From: Candidatus Methylomirabilia bacterium
Lineage (GTDB): Bacteria; Methylomirabilota; Methylomirabilia; Rokubacteriales; CSP1-6
Reading direction: 5' to 3'
Assembly (NCBI GenBank): GCA_046758965.1
Contig: JBHIBG010000007.1
Span: forward strand, 15,072-79,071
DNA length: 64,000 bases
Part shown: one piece after another, positions 8,864-17,754 of the stretch
How the letters are laid out: the number at the start of each line of letters is the position of its first letter
Position numbering within the stretch: position 1 is the first letter of the stretch
The notes under the pieces: model-generated
The model's input: the letters and a program-made list of their open reading frames with translations, nothing else
Databases searched by the model: none
Told to the model about the DNA's origin: nothing
Made by a program: the position numbers and the translations under genes

Positions 8864-10585
8864 ATGCGGGCCCCTTCCATCTGCGCCGCTCTCGTTGCTG
8901 CCCTCCTTTTCTTCGTTGGCCTCGGAGCGCCGCCGTTTATCGATCCTCCCGAAGGGTTCCACGTCCAGATCGCTCGCGAGATGGGGGAGCGTGGTGACTG
9001 GATCACCCCCCACCTGAACAGTGTCCGCTATCTCAACAAGCCACCGCTCCCCTACTGGCTGATGGCAGCTTCGTTCCTGCCGGCGGGCCCGACCCCGTTT
9101 GCTGCGCGGGTCTGGCAGGCCCTCGCCGCAGTGGCCTTGGCCGCCCTGACCGCGCGTCTGGGCGTGTGGCTCGGGGGGCCGCGGCTCGGGCTTCTGGCCG
9201 GCCTCATGGTCGCCGCCAACCTCGGGATCTTCGTGTTTGGCCGCATCGTCAAGCCCGACCTGGTCTTCATCCTCTGCATCATGGTGGCGTTTGCCGGGTT
9301 CGCGCGCGCTTACCTCAAAGGAGAGCGCTGGCCGCTGGCGGTCTTCTACGCCGGCCTCGGCCTCGCCGCCATGGCAAAGGACATCCTGGGTGCCTTGGGA
9401 CCGATGGTCGCCGTGGCCGTCTTCCTATGGCTCACGCGCGAACGGCAACCTCTCCGGTGGATCCCGTGGTGGGGTATCACGCTGTTCGCGCTGCTGGCGC
9501 TGCCGTGGTACGTGGCGGTCGAACTCCTCAACCCGGGGTTTCTCTGGTACACGGTCGTCGACAACCATCTCCTGAATTTCGCCAGGGAGCGCGTCTTTCC
9601 GGACGAGGATGTCCCGCTGAGCGCGCTCGAGTTCGTTAGTGTCACCACCCTCGCCTTCTTGCCGTGGGCGCTCGCCGTGCCGTGGGCGCTCGCCCGCGCC
9701 TTCCGGCGGCCCTGGAAGGATGCCACGGCGCGGCTTTGGATGCTGCTGGCGCTCTGGGCGGTGGTGGTCCTCGGCTTCTTTACGCTGTCACCGTTCAAGC
9801 TCCCTCACTACGGGCTGCCCGCCTTTCCGGCGCTCGCGCTACTGGTCGCGCGTGAGTGGGATGAGGCGATCGAGAGAGCGCCTGGGGCCATTTCTCCTCG
9901 GCTGCTGCTGACCCCCGTGCTCTTGCTGCTGGTGCTGGTCACGCTGGCAGTGATCGCGGTATGGGCTGGTCTCCTCGCCCTTCCGTCCGGCGCGCTCGAG
10001 GCCGTCGACGTGGCGGCGCGCAATCTGGCAGCGAAGGGGGAACGCGCGCCGCCGCTCTTCGACTGGTTCCAGCCGCTCTTTGTCGCGCTGGCCATCACGC
10101 TCGGCCTGGCTGCCTGCGCGATGGTCGTCGCGGTGTGGCGGCGTGCAGTGGGGTTCGGGTGTGGCGTTGCCCTAACCGCGATGGCGGTGTTTCTTCTGAT
10201 CGCCGGCGAGGGGATCGAGCGGTTCGCCCGGAGTCGCTCGGCTGACCCGATCGTGCAGGCGCTGCTGGTCCGGGCTCGGCCTGCGGATCTGATCGTGCAC
10301 GAAGGTCCATTGGAGAATAGCGGCTCCGTGCTCCTGGCGTTGCAGGACCCCGTTCGCGTGGTGGATGGTCTCCGGTCGAATTTGGCCTTCGGTGCCACAT
10401 TTCCTGATGCTCGAGCGCTCTTCTGGGATCGTTCTCGCCTTCGGGAGGAGTGGACGATGGGCCGGCGATTCCTCATCTCGGTGGTCAGTCCCGAGCAAAG
10501 CGTGGTACGCGGGCTTCCGCCGGGCACCGTCCACCTCATCGCGCGCTCCGGGAATCGGTGGCTCTACGCGAACATCGCTGAGTGA
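8864..10585 (+). CDS. ArnT/PMT-family membrane glycosyltransferase
   Basis: DPPEG..AREM..GDWITPHLN..YLNKPPLPYW, many TM segments, KLPHYGLPAFP. Confidence 0.85.
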   Translation: MRAPSICAALVAALLFFVGLGAPPFIDPPEGFHVQIAREMGERGDWITPHLNSVRYLNKPPLPYWLMAASFLPAGPTPFAARVWQALAAVALAALTARLGVWLGGPRLGLLAGLMVAANLGIFVFGRIVKPDLVFILCIMVAFAGFARAYLKGERWPLAVFYAGLGLAAMAKDILGALGPMVAVAVFLWLTRERQPLRWIPWWGITLFALLALPWYVAVELLNPGFLWYTVVDNHLLNFARERVFPDEDVPLSALEFVSVTTLAFLPWALAVPWALARAFRRPWKDATARLWMLLALWAVVVLGFFTLSPFKLPHYGLPAFPALALLVAREWDEAIERAPGAISPRLLLTPVLLLLVLVTLAVIAVWAGLLALPSGALEAVDVAARNLAAKGERAPPLFDWFQPLFVALAITLGLAACAMVVAVWRRAVGFGCGVALTAMAVFLLIAGEGIERFARSRSADPIVQALLVRARPADLIVHEGPLENSGSVLLALQDPVRVVDGLRSNLAFGATFPDARALFWDRSRLREEWTMGRRFLISVVSPEQSVVRGLPPGTVHLIARSGNRWLYANIAE

Positions 10586-10772
10586 ATGTGCGGGCGGGGT
10601 CTGGCACCGGAAGTATAGGGTCGCAGAACGGAGCAGGCTCGGTGAAGGTGTCTGCGGGTTTGACGGCCTTGCCGCGCCGGAGCATGATATGGTGCGTGGC
10701 AGGATTCAGTGTGGCAGTCGGATCATCTCGGGAGCTGGCGGGGCGCCCGCGCTGAACGGTTTGAGAAGCTGG

Positions 10773-11141
10773 ATGATCGCACAGTGGGCGTGGGAACTGA
10801 TCGAGCCGTATCTCGAGAGGAACCTGGCCGGGCGCGGAGTGGAGCGCCCCTCGAAAAAGGAGATGCTGGCGGAGTTCGGGCGCGTGTGGTCGGACTTCTC
10901 CGCGACCATCATGGTGCAGGAGCCCTGGATGGGCACGATCCGATTCAAGCGCCTGGTCAAACTGCCATCTTCCGAGATGGAACGATTTCTCGAGGACCCG
11001 ATGAGCTTCATCGGAGAGCGCTTCGGCGGCGGCAAATTCAAGGTAAACTTCCACTACGGCATGCACTTTGTCAGCACCAAGAACTTCAAGCCGGAGGGGC
11101 CCCCGATCTGGAAGGACCTCCCCGAGCTGGCGGAGGATTGA
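10773..11141 (+). CDS. Hypothetical protein (122 aa)
   Basis: Coding-like codon usage from ATG 10773; no family recognised. Confidence 0.65.
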   Translation: MIAQWAWELIEPYLERNLAGRGVERPSKKEMLAEFGRVWSDFSATIMVQEPWMGTIRFKRLVKLPSSEMERFLEDPMSFIGERFGGGKFKVNFHYGMHFVSTKNFKPEGPPIWKDLPELAED

Positions 11142-11144
11142 CCC

Positions 11145-11324
11145 ATGCCGAGCGATGAGACCCGTCGGATGCTGAAGGTATTTGGAGTCGCAGTCACGGC
11201 ATACGAGGATGCCGTCGAGAAACGGGCCGCTCCCCAGGAGCTGGCGAAGGCTGAAGCCGAGGTCCGCACCCGTCTTCAAGAGATCACCGCCCTCATCGAG
11301 CGCCTCAACGCCAAGAAGCCGTGA
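11145..11324 (+). CDS. Small hypothetical helical protein (59 aa), not in ORF track
   Basis: MPSDETRRMLKVFGVAVTAYEDAVEK...IERLNAKKP*; GGAGG upstream; fills the gap between flanking genes, and its stop overlaps the next start. Confidence 0.65.
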   Translation: MPSDETRRMLKVFGVAVTAYEDAVEKRAAPQELAKAEAEVRTRLQEITALIERLNAKKP

Positions 11325-12136
11325 TGCTCGGCCCTGTCACTGATGCCTCGGGTGTGGTGTTCGCCGCCCAGACCCCGCCCAGCCGCATCGTCTCTCTGAT
11401 CCCGTCGATTACCGAGACGCTCTTCGCCCTGGGGCTGGGAGATGCCATAGCGGGCGTCACCATCTTCTGCGTCGAGCCGCGCCAGGGGGTGGTGGGGAAG
11501 GCCAAAGTGGGCGGCCAGAAAAACCCCAAGCTCGACCTGATCCGGTCGCTGAAACCCGATCTGGTGGTCGCCAACATCGAGGAGAACCTCAAGGAGCACG
11601 TGGAGACACTCCGGGGGTGGGGAATCCCCGTGTTCGTCACCTACCCCAGGACGGTGTGGGAAGGGATCGAGATGGTCAAGGAGCTGGGGATGGTCACCGG
11701 CGCCGATGCGCGGGCGGAGGAGGTCGCTTCAGGGCTCGAGTCCCTCTACCGGCAGGCGGTGAGCCTCTCGAAGGCGCGCGGCCCGGTCCGGGTCTTCTGC
11801 CCAATCTGGCGCAACCCCTATATGACCGTTAACCGCGACACCTACATGCACGATATGATCCGCCTCTCCGGCGGAGAGAACGTATTCGCTGATCGGCCCG
11901 AGCGCTATCCCCAGGTGAGCCTTGAGGAGGTGGCCGTGGCCCGCCCCGAGGTCATCCTGCTTCCCGACGAGCCCTACCGCTTTCGGACGGCTCACATCGC
12001 CGACTTCGAGGCGTTCGAGGACGCACCGGCGGTGCGGGACCGGCGCATCCACCTCGTGGACGGCAAGCGGCTCTGCTGGTACGGCCCGCGGATCGCGGAG
12101 GCGCTCGAGACGTTGCCGTCCCTGCTCAGAGTGTAG
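11324..12136 (+). CDS. BtuF-like cobalamin/iron-siderophore binding protein (helical backbone metal receptor)
   Basis: RIVSLIPSITETLFALG, VGGQKNP, LKPDLVVAN.EEN, WYGPR; no signal peptide seen. Confidence 0.85.
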   Translation: MLGPVTDASGVVFAAQTPPSRIVSLIPSITETLFALGLGDAIAGVTIFCVEPRQGVVGKAKVGGQKNPKLDLIRSLKPDLVVANIEENLKEHVETLRGWGIPVFVTYPRTVWEGIEMVKELGMVTGADARAEEVASGLESLYRQAVSLSKARGPVRVFCPIWRNPYMTVNRDTYMHDMIRLSGGENVFADRPERYPQVSLEEVAVARPEVILLPDEPYRFRTAHIADFEAFEDAPAVRDRRIHLVDGKRLCWYGPRIAEALETLPSLLRV

Positions 12137-12141
12137 GCTGG

Positions 12142-12600
12142 TTACTCTACCTCCAAGATCATCTCGATCTCCACGGGGATGCCCATCGGGAGTTCGGCCA
12201 TCCCCACCGCCGAGCGGGCGTGGCGACCAGCCTCACCGAACACTTCCACCATGAGATCCGAGAAGCCGTTGATGACCTTGGGGTGATCGTTGAATCCTTC
12301 AGCCGACGCCACCATTCCCAGGACCTTCACCACACGTTTGACCTTGTCCAGACTCCCCAAGGCGGCTCGTGCCGAAGCCAGGAGACTCACCCCTACCTCC
12401 CGCGCGACCTGGTAGCCCTCCTCGACCGAGAGATCCTTCCCGAGCTTGCCGCGCCGTGTCGCCTTGCCCTCGCGAAGTGGGCCGTGACCGGCGAGGTAGA
12501 GCAGGTTTCCGACCCGCACGGATGGGATATAGTTGGCAACGGGTTTCACTGGTTCGGGGAGGGTGATGCTCAGCTCCTTGAGTCGCGCTTCAGCTCCCAT
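12142..12600 (-). CDS. RidA/YjgF family protein
   Basis: PVANYIP, LYLAGHGP, VINGFSDL..FGEAGRHARSAVG, PVEIE. Confidence 0.9.
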   Translation of the reverse strand: MGAEARLKELSITLPEPVKPVANYIPSVRVGNLLYLAGHGPLREGKATRRGKLGKDLSVEEGYQVAREVGVSLLASARAALGSLDKVKRVVKVLGMVASAEGFNDHPKVINGFSDLMVEVFGEAGRHARSAVGMAELPMGIPVEIEMILEVE

Positions 12601-12677
12601 GATGGTGACCTCCTTGGATGTTGGCAGAGCGGCGCCATCGTGGCACAATCACTTGTCGCTGTCAACGGAGAGACCTG

Positions 12678-13481
12678 ATGAGATCACCGAGCCGCCCTGT
12701 CGAGCCGTCTCCTGCTGCTACACTGGTGCTCCTTCGTGATCGTCCTGATGAGGGGATCGAGGTCTTGCTGGTCGAGCGTCACCGGGAGAGCAAGTTCGCG
12801 GGGGGAGCCTTCGTCTTCCCTGGTGGGAGGGTCGGGTCAGAAGATCTCCTGGATGGCCTCGAGGCTCGGTGCGTTGGGATTTCAGCGGACCGCGCACAGG
12901 CCCGGCTCGGAGGCCTCACGCCTGCTGAGAAGGCCCTCGGCTACTGGGTGGCGGCGATCCGGGAAACCTTTGAAGAAGTCGGGATGCTCATGGCCTATGA
13001 CCGGGATGGCAGGGTCGTGCGGTTCACCGGGACGGACGGAGAGAGGTTCGCGGCCTACCGGCGCGCCTGCCAGCAGGACGGAAACGTCTTCTGGCAGATG
13101 CTCGGGAGAGAAGCCCTCACGCTGGCCGCCGACCGCCTCGTCTACTTTGCCCACTGGGTTACCCCGGAGGAGAACTCGATTCGCTTCGATACTCGCTTCT
13201 TCGCTGCCGAGGCGCCCCCGGAGCAGGAAGCTACGGCAGATGAGCGCGAGGTCGTGGCGGTCCGTTGGCTCAAGCCGGCCGAGGCGCTGGAGGCGTATCG
13301 GCGGGGAGAGCTGTCATTGCGCCTCCCGACGATCAAGAACCTGGAGCTGCTGGTCGGGCGCTCGGTTGCCGAGGTCGTAGCCGGCCTCAACGGTCGCTCC
13401 GTCCCGACGATCAGACCCCGGATCATCGCTGACGGCAACAGCCGCCGGGTGCTGCTCCCCACCGACCCCGGCTGGTACTGA
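12678..13481 (+). CDS. NUDIX hydrolase (NUDT19-like)
   Basis: AATLVLLRD, FVFPGG, AAIRETFEEVG Nudix box, HWVTPE..RFDTRFF. Confidence 0.85.
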   Translation: MRSPSRPVEPSPAATLVLLRDRPDEGIEVLLVERHRESKFAGGAFVFPGGRVGSEDLLDGLEARCVGISADRAQARLGGLTPAEKALGYWVAAIRETFEEVGMLMAYDRDGRVVRFTGTDGERFAAYRRACQQDGNVFWQMLGREALTLAADRLVYFAHWVTPEENSIRFDTRFFAAEAPPEQEATADEREVVAVRWLKPAEALEAYRRGELSLRLPTIKNLELLVGRSVAEVVAGLNGRSVPTIRPRIIADGNSRRVLLPTDPGWY

Positions 13482-13545
13482 GCCACCTCCCGCATCGGCT
13501 CCGATTGTGAGGGGAGTAAGCCGAGTGGCGCTCGCTGACAGGACG

Positions 13546-14535
13546 ATGCTCGCAGGCTCTACGGCCGTGCTGCTCCTCGCCGGTGCGCTGCTGGCAGGAT
13601 CGGGGTGCGCCAGCGGGTCGGGGGTCGCGTGGGAAACGACCTTCGGGCGGGACCATCCGCTCACGGGGCGAATCTGGGATGTGTCAGCCGCCAGCTTCCT
13701 CGATCGCCCGACCCTGGCCAGCCGTCTGGCTCGCGGTCGGTTCGTGCTGCTCGGGGAGAAGCACGACAACCCCGACCACCACGGGCTGCAGGCCGGGCTG
13801 CTCCGCTCCCTGATCACCGTCGGACGCCGTCCCGCCGTGGGCTTCGAGATGTTCAGCACTGACGATGCGCCCGCGATTGCGAGGCATCTCGCCACGGCTC
13901 CGACCGATGCCGCGGGGCTTGCGGAGGCCGTTCACTGGGACGAGAGAGGCTGGCCGGACTGGGTGCTGTATCAACCGATCGCTGAGGCCGCCCTCGAGGC
14001 GGGGTTGCCGATCGTCGCGACCAACCTCAGCCCGGCCACGGCCCGGACGCTGGGCCGCGAGGGCGTGAGCGCCCTCGACCGGGCGGTGGTGGTCCGGCTC
14101 GACCTCGATCGCCCGCTGCCGCCGGACATTTACGCGGAGATGGCGGCCGAAATCCGCGAGGCCCATTGCGGCTACGTATCCGGGGCAGCGATCGAAGCGA
14201 TGGTAACCGTGCAGAGGGCACGAGATGCCCAGATGGCAGAGAGCCTTGTCGCTTCCGGCTCCCAGGACGGCGCGGTGCTGGTTGCGGGCGCCGGGCACGT
14301 CCGAAACGACCGAGGCATCCCGGCCCATCTTGCTGCCAGAGCGCCGGGTGAGACGGTGATCAGCCTGGCGTTTGTCGAGGTTGGGGACGGCGAGACTGAG
14401 CCGCCGGCGTACGCGCGGAGATTCGGCCGGGACAGGTTGCCCTTCGACTATGTCTGGTTCACGCCCCGTCTCGACGACCTGGACCCCTGCGAGAAATTCA
14501 GGAAAGAGCTGGAGCGGCTGAGAAAGCCGGGGTGA
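13546..14535 (+). CDS. ChaN family lipoprotein
   Basis: Lipoprotein-like signal ending AGSGC; LLGEKHDNPDHH, VGFEM, QRARDAQMA, AGAGHV. Confidence 0.8.
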   Translation: MLAGSTAVLLLAGALLAGSGCASGSGVAWETTFGRDHPLTGRIWDVSAASFLDRPTLASRLARGRFVLLGEKHDNPDHHGLQAGLLRSLITVGRRPAVGFEMFSTDDAPAIARHLATAPTDAAGLAEAVHWDERGWPDWVLYQPIAEAALEAGLPIVATNLSPATARTLGREGVSALDRAVVVRLDLDRPLPPDIYAEMAAEIREAHCGYVSGAAIEAMVTVQRARDAQMAESLVASGSQDGAVLVAGAGHVRNDRGIPAHLAARAPGETVISLAFVEVGDGETEPPAYARRFGRDRLPFDYVWFTPRLDDLDPCEKFRKELERLRKPG

Positions 14536-14587
14536 CGGGGAAGGCCCGCCGGGCGAACAGTCGCAAGAGAACGAGGCCGAGCTGGCC

Positions 14588-15616
14588 TTACGGGAGCAGG
14601 ACGAGCTTGCCGAACTGCTTTCCTTCAGCCAGGATTCGCTGGGCCTCGACGCCGTCTTTCAACGGGAAGATCCGGTCGACGATCGGCTGGAGCCGGCCTC
14701 GGAAGAGCTGGGTCATCACGGCGAGGAACTCTTTCCGGTTGGCCATGGTCGAGCCGATGATCCGGAGCTGCTTCCAGAAGACGACCCGGATATCGGTCTC
14801 GCCGATCGGACCGGTGGTCGCGCCGCACGTGACGAGGCGTCCGTTCTTCGCCAGGACGCGGAGAGAGTGGTTCCACGTGGCCGTCCCCACGGTTTCCACC
14901 ACCACGTCCACGCCCCGCTTGCCGGTCTTCTCCCAAACCACCTTGGCCCATTCTGTGTTGCCGTAGTTGATGCACTCATCGGCGCCCAGGGCCTTGGCCC
15001 GCTCGAGCTTCTCGTCGCTCGACGAGGTGACCCAGACGCGGGCGCCGCAGAGCTTGCCGATCTGCACCGCCGCCGAGGACACCCCGCCCCCGACCCCGAG
15101 AATGAGCAGGTCCTCACCGGGGCGCAGCGCGGCCTGGGTGACGAGCATGCGCCAGGCAGTCATGTTCACCAGGATGAAGGCCGCGGCGGCCTCGAAGCTG
15201 ACCGCGTCGGGGAGCTTGAGCACGTTTCTCCCGTCCACGTTGACGTACTCGGCAAGCCCTCCGCAGGCATGCTCTCCCAGAATCCCGTAGGTGACGCAGA
15301 GGCTGTCCTCCCCCTGGTTGCAGTACTCGCACCGACCACAGCTGAGGTTCGGATTGATCGCCACACGGTCACCGACGTTGACCCCCTGAACCTCGGCGCC
15401 GACCTTCACCGCCTCACCGGCGATGTCGGAGCCAGTCCAGAAGGGAAGGGGGGTCTGGAGCGCAGGCAAGCCGTTACGGACCCAGAGGTCCAGATGGTTG
15501 AGCGCGCAGGCGCGGACTCTGATGAGGACCTCCCCCGGGCCGCTGACGGGGTCAGCGGTATCGTCGTAGCGGAGCACTTCAGGGCCGCCAAACTGCCGGA
15601 AGAGCAGCGCTTTCAC
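14588..15616 (-). CDS. Zinc-binding dehydrogenase / quinone oxidoreductase (MDR family)
   Basis: FGGPEVL, ALNHLDLW, CGRCEYC structural Zn loop, GVGGGV, QFGKLVL. Confidence 0.9.
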   Translation of the reverse strand: MKALLFRQFGGPEVLRYDDTADPVSGPGEVLIRVRACALNHLDLWVRNGLPALQTPLPFWTGSDIAGEAVKVGAEVQGVNVGDRVAINPNLSCGRCEYCNQGEDSLCVTYGILGEHACGGLAEYVNVDGRNVLKLPDAVSFEAAAAFILVNMTAWRMLVTQAALRPGEDLLILGVGGGVSSAAVQIGKLCGARVWVTSSSDEKLERAKALGADECINYGNTEWAKVVWEKTGKRGVDVVVETVGTATWNHSLRVLAKNGRLVTCGATTGPIGETDIRVVFWKQLRIIGSTMANRKEFLAVMTQLFRGRLQPIVDRIFPLKDGVEAQRILAEGKQFGKLVLLP

Positions 15617-15651
15617 CGATCCGCCTCTCGCCCGGGAGTGTCGGCCCTCGC

Positions 15652-16689
15652 TTATGGCACCAGCACCAGCTTGCCGAACTGGGCCCGGTTCTCCATGACC
15701 CGCTGAGCCTCGGCCGCGTCCTTCAGGGGGAGGACACGGTCCACCACGGGCCGGATTCTCCCCGCCTCCACGAGCCTCAGCGCTTCCAGGAGTTCGGCCT
15801 TCGAGCCTTGGTGGGAGCCCAACAGCGAAAGTTGTTTGTTGAACAGCAGACGCAGGTCAGTCTTGGCCTCGAAGCCCGTGGTGTTGCCGCAGATGACGAG
15901 CCGTCCGCCCCACGCCATGGCGGCAATCGAGCGCTCCCAAGTGGCCTGGCCGACGTGCTCGAACACCAGCTCCACCCCTTTCCGGTTCGTGATCTTGCGG
16001 ACCTCAGACACCACGTCTTGGCTCGAGTGGTTGAGGACATGGTTGGCGCCCAGGGCCTTGGCTTTCTCCAGCTTGGCGTCACTCCCGGCCACTCCGATCA
16101 CGCGGGCCCCCATGAGCTTGGCGATCTGGATCGCGATGCTTCCGATCCCGCTCCCCGCGCCCCAGATCAGAACGTCCTCGCCCGGGAGGAGGCGGGCGCG
16201 GGTCACCAGCATGTGCCAGGTGGTGAGGAGCACCAGCGGGAGGGAGGCGGCTTCCTCCCACGAGAGATTCGCCGGCTTGGGAATCGCATTGGCCTCGGGG
16301 ATCCTGGCGTATTCGGCGTGGCCGCCGTCGAGCGGCCCGGTCTGAAACCCCCAGATCTTGAACTGGCGGCAGAAATACTCCTGCCCTCGCGTACAGGCCT
16401 CGCAGATGCGGCATGAGAGAGCGGGGTGGACGACGACCTCCTGTCCGGCCTTGACGGAGGTCACCGCGCTGCCGACCTGGGTGACGACGCCGGCGGCATC
16501 GCTCCCCGAGATATGCGGGAGATCGAATTTCATGCCCGGCAGGCCCTGACGGGCCCACAGGTCGTTGTAGTTGCACCCGGAGGCCTTCACCTGGATCACA
16601 ACGTCGTGGGGCCCCGGCCCCGGCTCCGGGACATCTTCGTATTTGAGAACCTCCGGCCCACCGTGCTGGTGAAAGACGCTAGCTTTCAT
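15652..16689 (-). CDS. Zinc-binding dehydrogenase / quinone oxidoreductase (MDR family), paralog of downstream gene
   Basis: HGGPEVL, CRICEAC, GAGSGIG, QFGKLVL. Confidence 0.9.
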   Translation of the reverse strand: MKASVFHQHGGPEVLKYEDVPEPGPGPHDVVIQVKASGCNYNDLWARQGLPGMKFDLPHISGSDAAGVVTQVGSAVTSVKAGQEVVVHPALSCRICEACTRGQEYFCRQFKIWGFQTGPLDGGHAEYARIPEANAIPKPANLSWEEAASLPLVLLTTWHMLVTRARLLPGEDVLIWGAGSGIGSIAIQIAKLMGARVIGVAGSDAKLEKAKALGANHVLNHSSQDVVSEVRKITNRKGVELVFEHVGQATWERSIAAMAWGGRLVICGNTTGFEAKTDLRLLFNKQLSLLGSHQGSKAELLEALRLVEAGRIRPVVDRVLPLKDAAEAQRVMENRAQFGKLVLVP

Positions 16690-16734
16690 CGTGCTCTCCT
16701 CTCGTCAAGTTCCTCTGGGCTCCTGGGCCCCGGG

Positions 16735-17754
16735 TCAGGACGCAGCGAACGCCTTCACCAGCGCTGGCCAGCGGGGGTCATTCAAGTCCGGCTGGGTCAT
16801 CTGGTAGAAGGAGACGCGATCGAGCAGCCCGGCATAGCGTTCCTGGATGCGCTGGGCGATGGTCTCGTACGTTCCTGTCACGGCATAGGTGTCTACCATC
16901 TCATCGGTGATCAAGCCAGCCATCCCCTGCCAGTCCCCTTCCACGGACTTCCGGTGGAGCTTCGGGGTCAGATCCTGCCAGCCGTGGGCCGCCAGCACCG
17001 GCTCGTAGGTCCGCGTGGAGGCGTAGAAGGAGATCTGCTGCTTGACCACCTGCCTCGCCTCGGCGACCTCTTTCTCGGTCTCTCCGACAATGACGAAGGC
17101 CGAGGTGGCGTAGGTAAAGTCACTCCGCGTTCGGCCCGACTTGGCGAGCCCCTCTTCAACCGCGGGGTGGACGAACTCGCGCAGATACTTCGGGCTGTTG
17201 AAGGGGTGGACGTGAAGGCCGTCGCAGACCTCCCCGGCAAGCTGGCACATGTACCGGTTGACCGCCGCGATGTAGATCGGGATCTCAGGGTGCTCGATCG
17301 GCCCGGGGTTGAAGAACGGGGTCATCAGATCAAAGGTGTAGAACTTCCCTTTGAAACTGAGCTTGGTGCCATTCTGCCAGCAGTCCCAGATCGCCCGAAG
17401 CGCCAGGATGACCTCGCGGAGCCGGGGTCCGGGCGCTTCCCACTTCACCGAGAAGCGCCGCTCGTTGTGTCCCTTCACCTGAGTGCCGAGCCCCAAAATG
17501 AAGCGTCCCCCCGAGGCGTCCTGGAGGTCCCAGGCGCTGTGAGCCAGGATCATGGGACTCCGCGGGAAGGCCACGGCGATCGAGGTGCCGAGCGTGAGCC
17601 TGGAAGTGGTGGAGGCAGCCACGGCCAGGGGGAGGAACGGGTCGTGCTGAGTCTCGGAGGACCAGAGGCAATCGAAGCCCATCGCCTCCACCGTGCGGGC
17701 GCAGTCGCCGATCCTCGTGAGGTCGTGAGTCAAGAGCCCGATATCCAGTTTCAC
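16735..17754 (-). CDS. LLM class oxidoreductase, probably F420-dependent (TIGR03617-like)
   Basis: ETQHDPFLPL, IAVAFPRSPM, FILGLGTQVKGHNERRF, LMTPFF, FYASTRTY. Confidence 0.85.
   Translation of the reverse strand: MKLDIGLLTHDLTRIGDCARTVEAMGFDCLWSSETQHDPFLPLAVAASTTSRLTLGTSIAVAFPRSPMILAHSAWDLQDASGGRFILGLGTQVKGHNERRFSVKWEAPGPRLREVILALRAIWDCWQNGTKLSFKGKFYTFDLMTPFFNPGPIEHPEIPIYIAAVNRYMCQLAGEVCDGLHVHPFNSPKYLREFVHPAVEEGLAKSGRTRSDFTYATSAFVIVGETEKEVAEARQVVKQQISFYASTRTYEPVLAAHGWQDLTPKLHRKSVEGDWQGMAGLITDEMVDTYAVTGTYETIAQRIQERYAGLLDRVSFYQMTQPDLNDPRWPALVKAFAAS

Noticed and set aside
9659..9695. Tandem repeat TGCCGTGGGCGCTCGCC within the ArnT-like gene, considered as CRISPR-like
   Set aside because: Only two adjacent copies encoding PWALA twice, with no spacers or cas genes.
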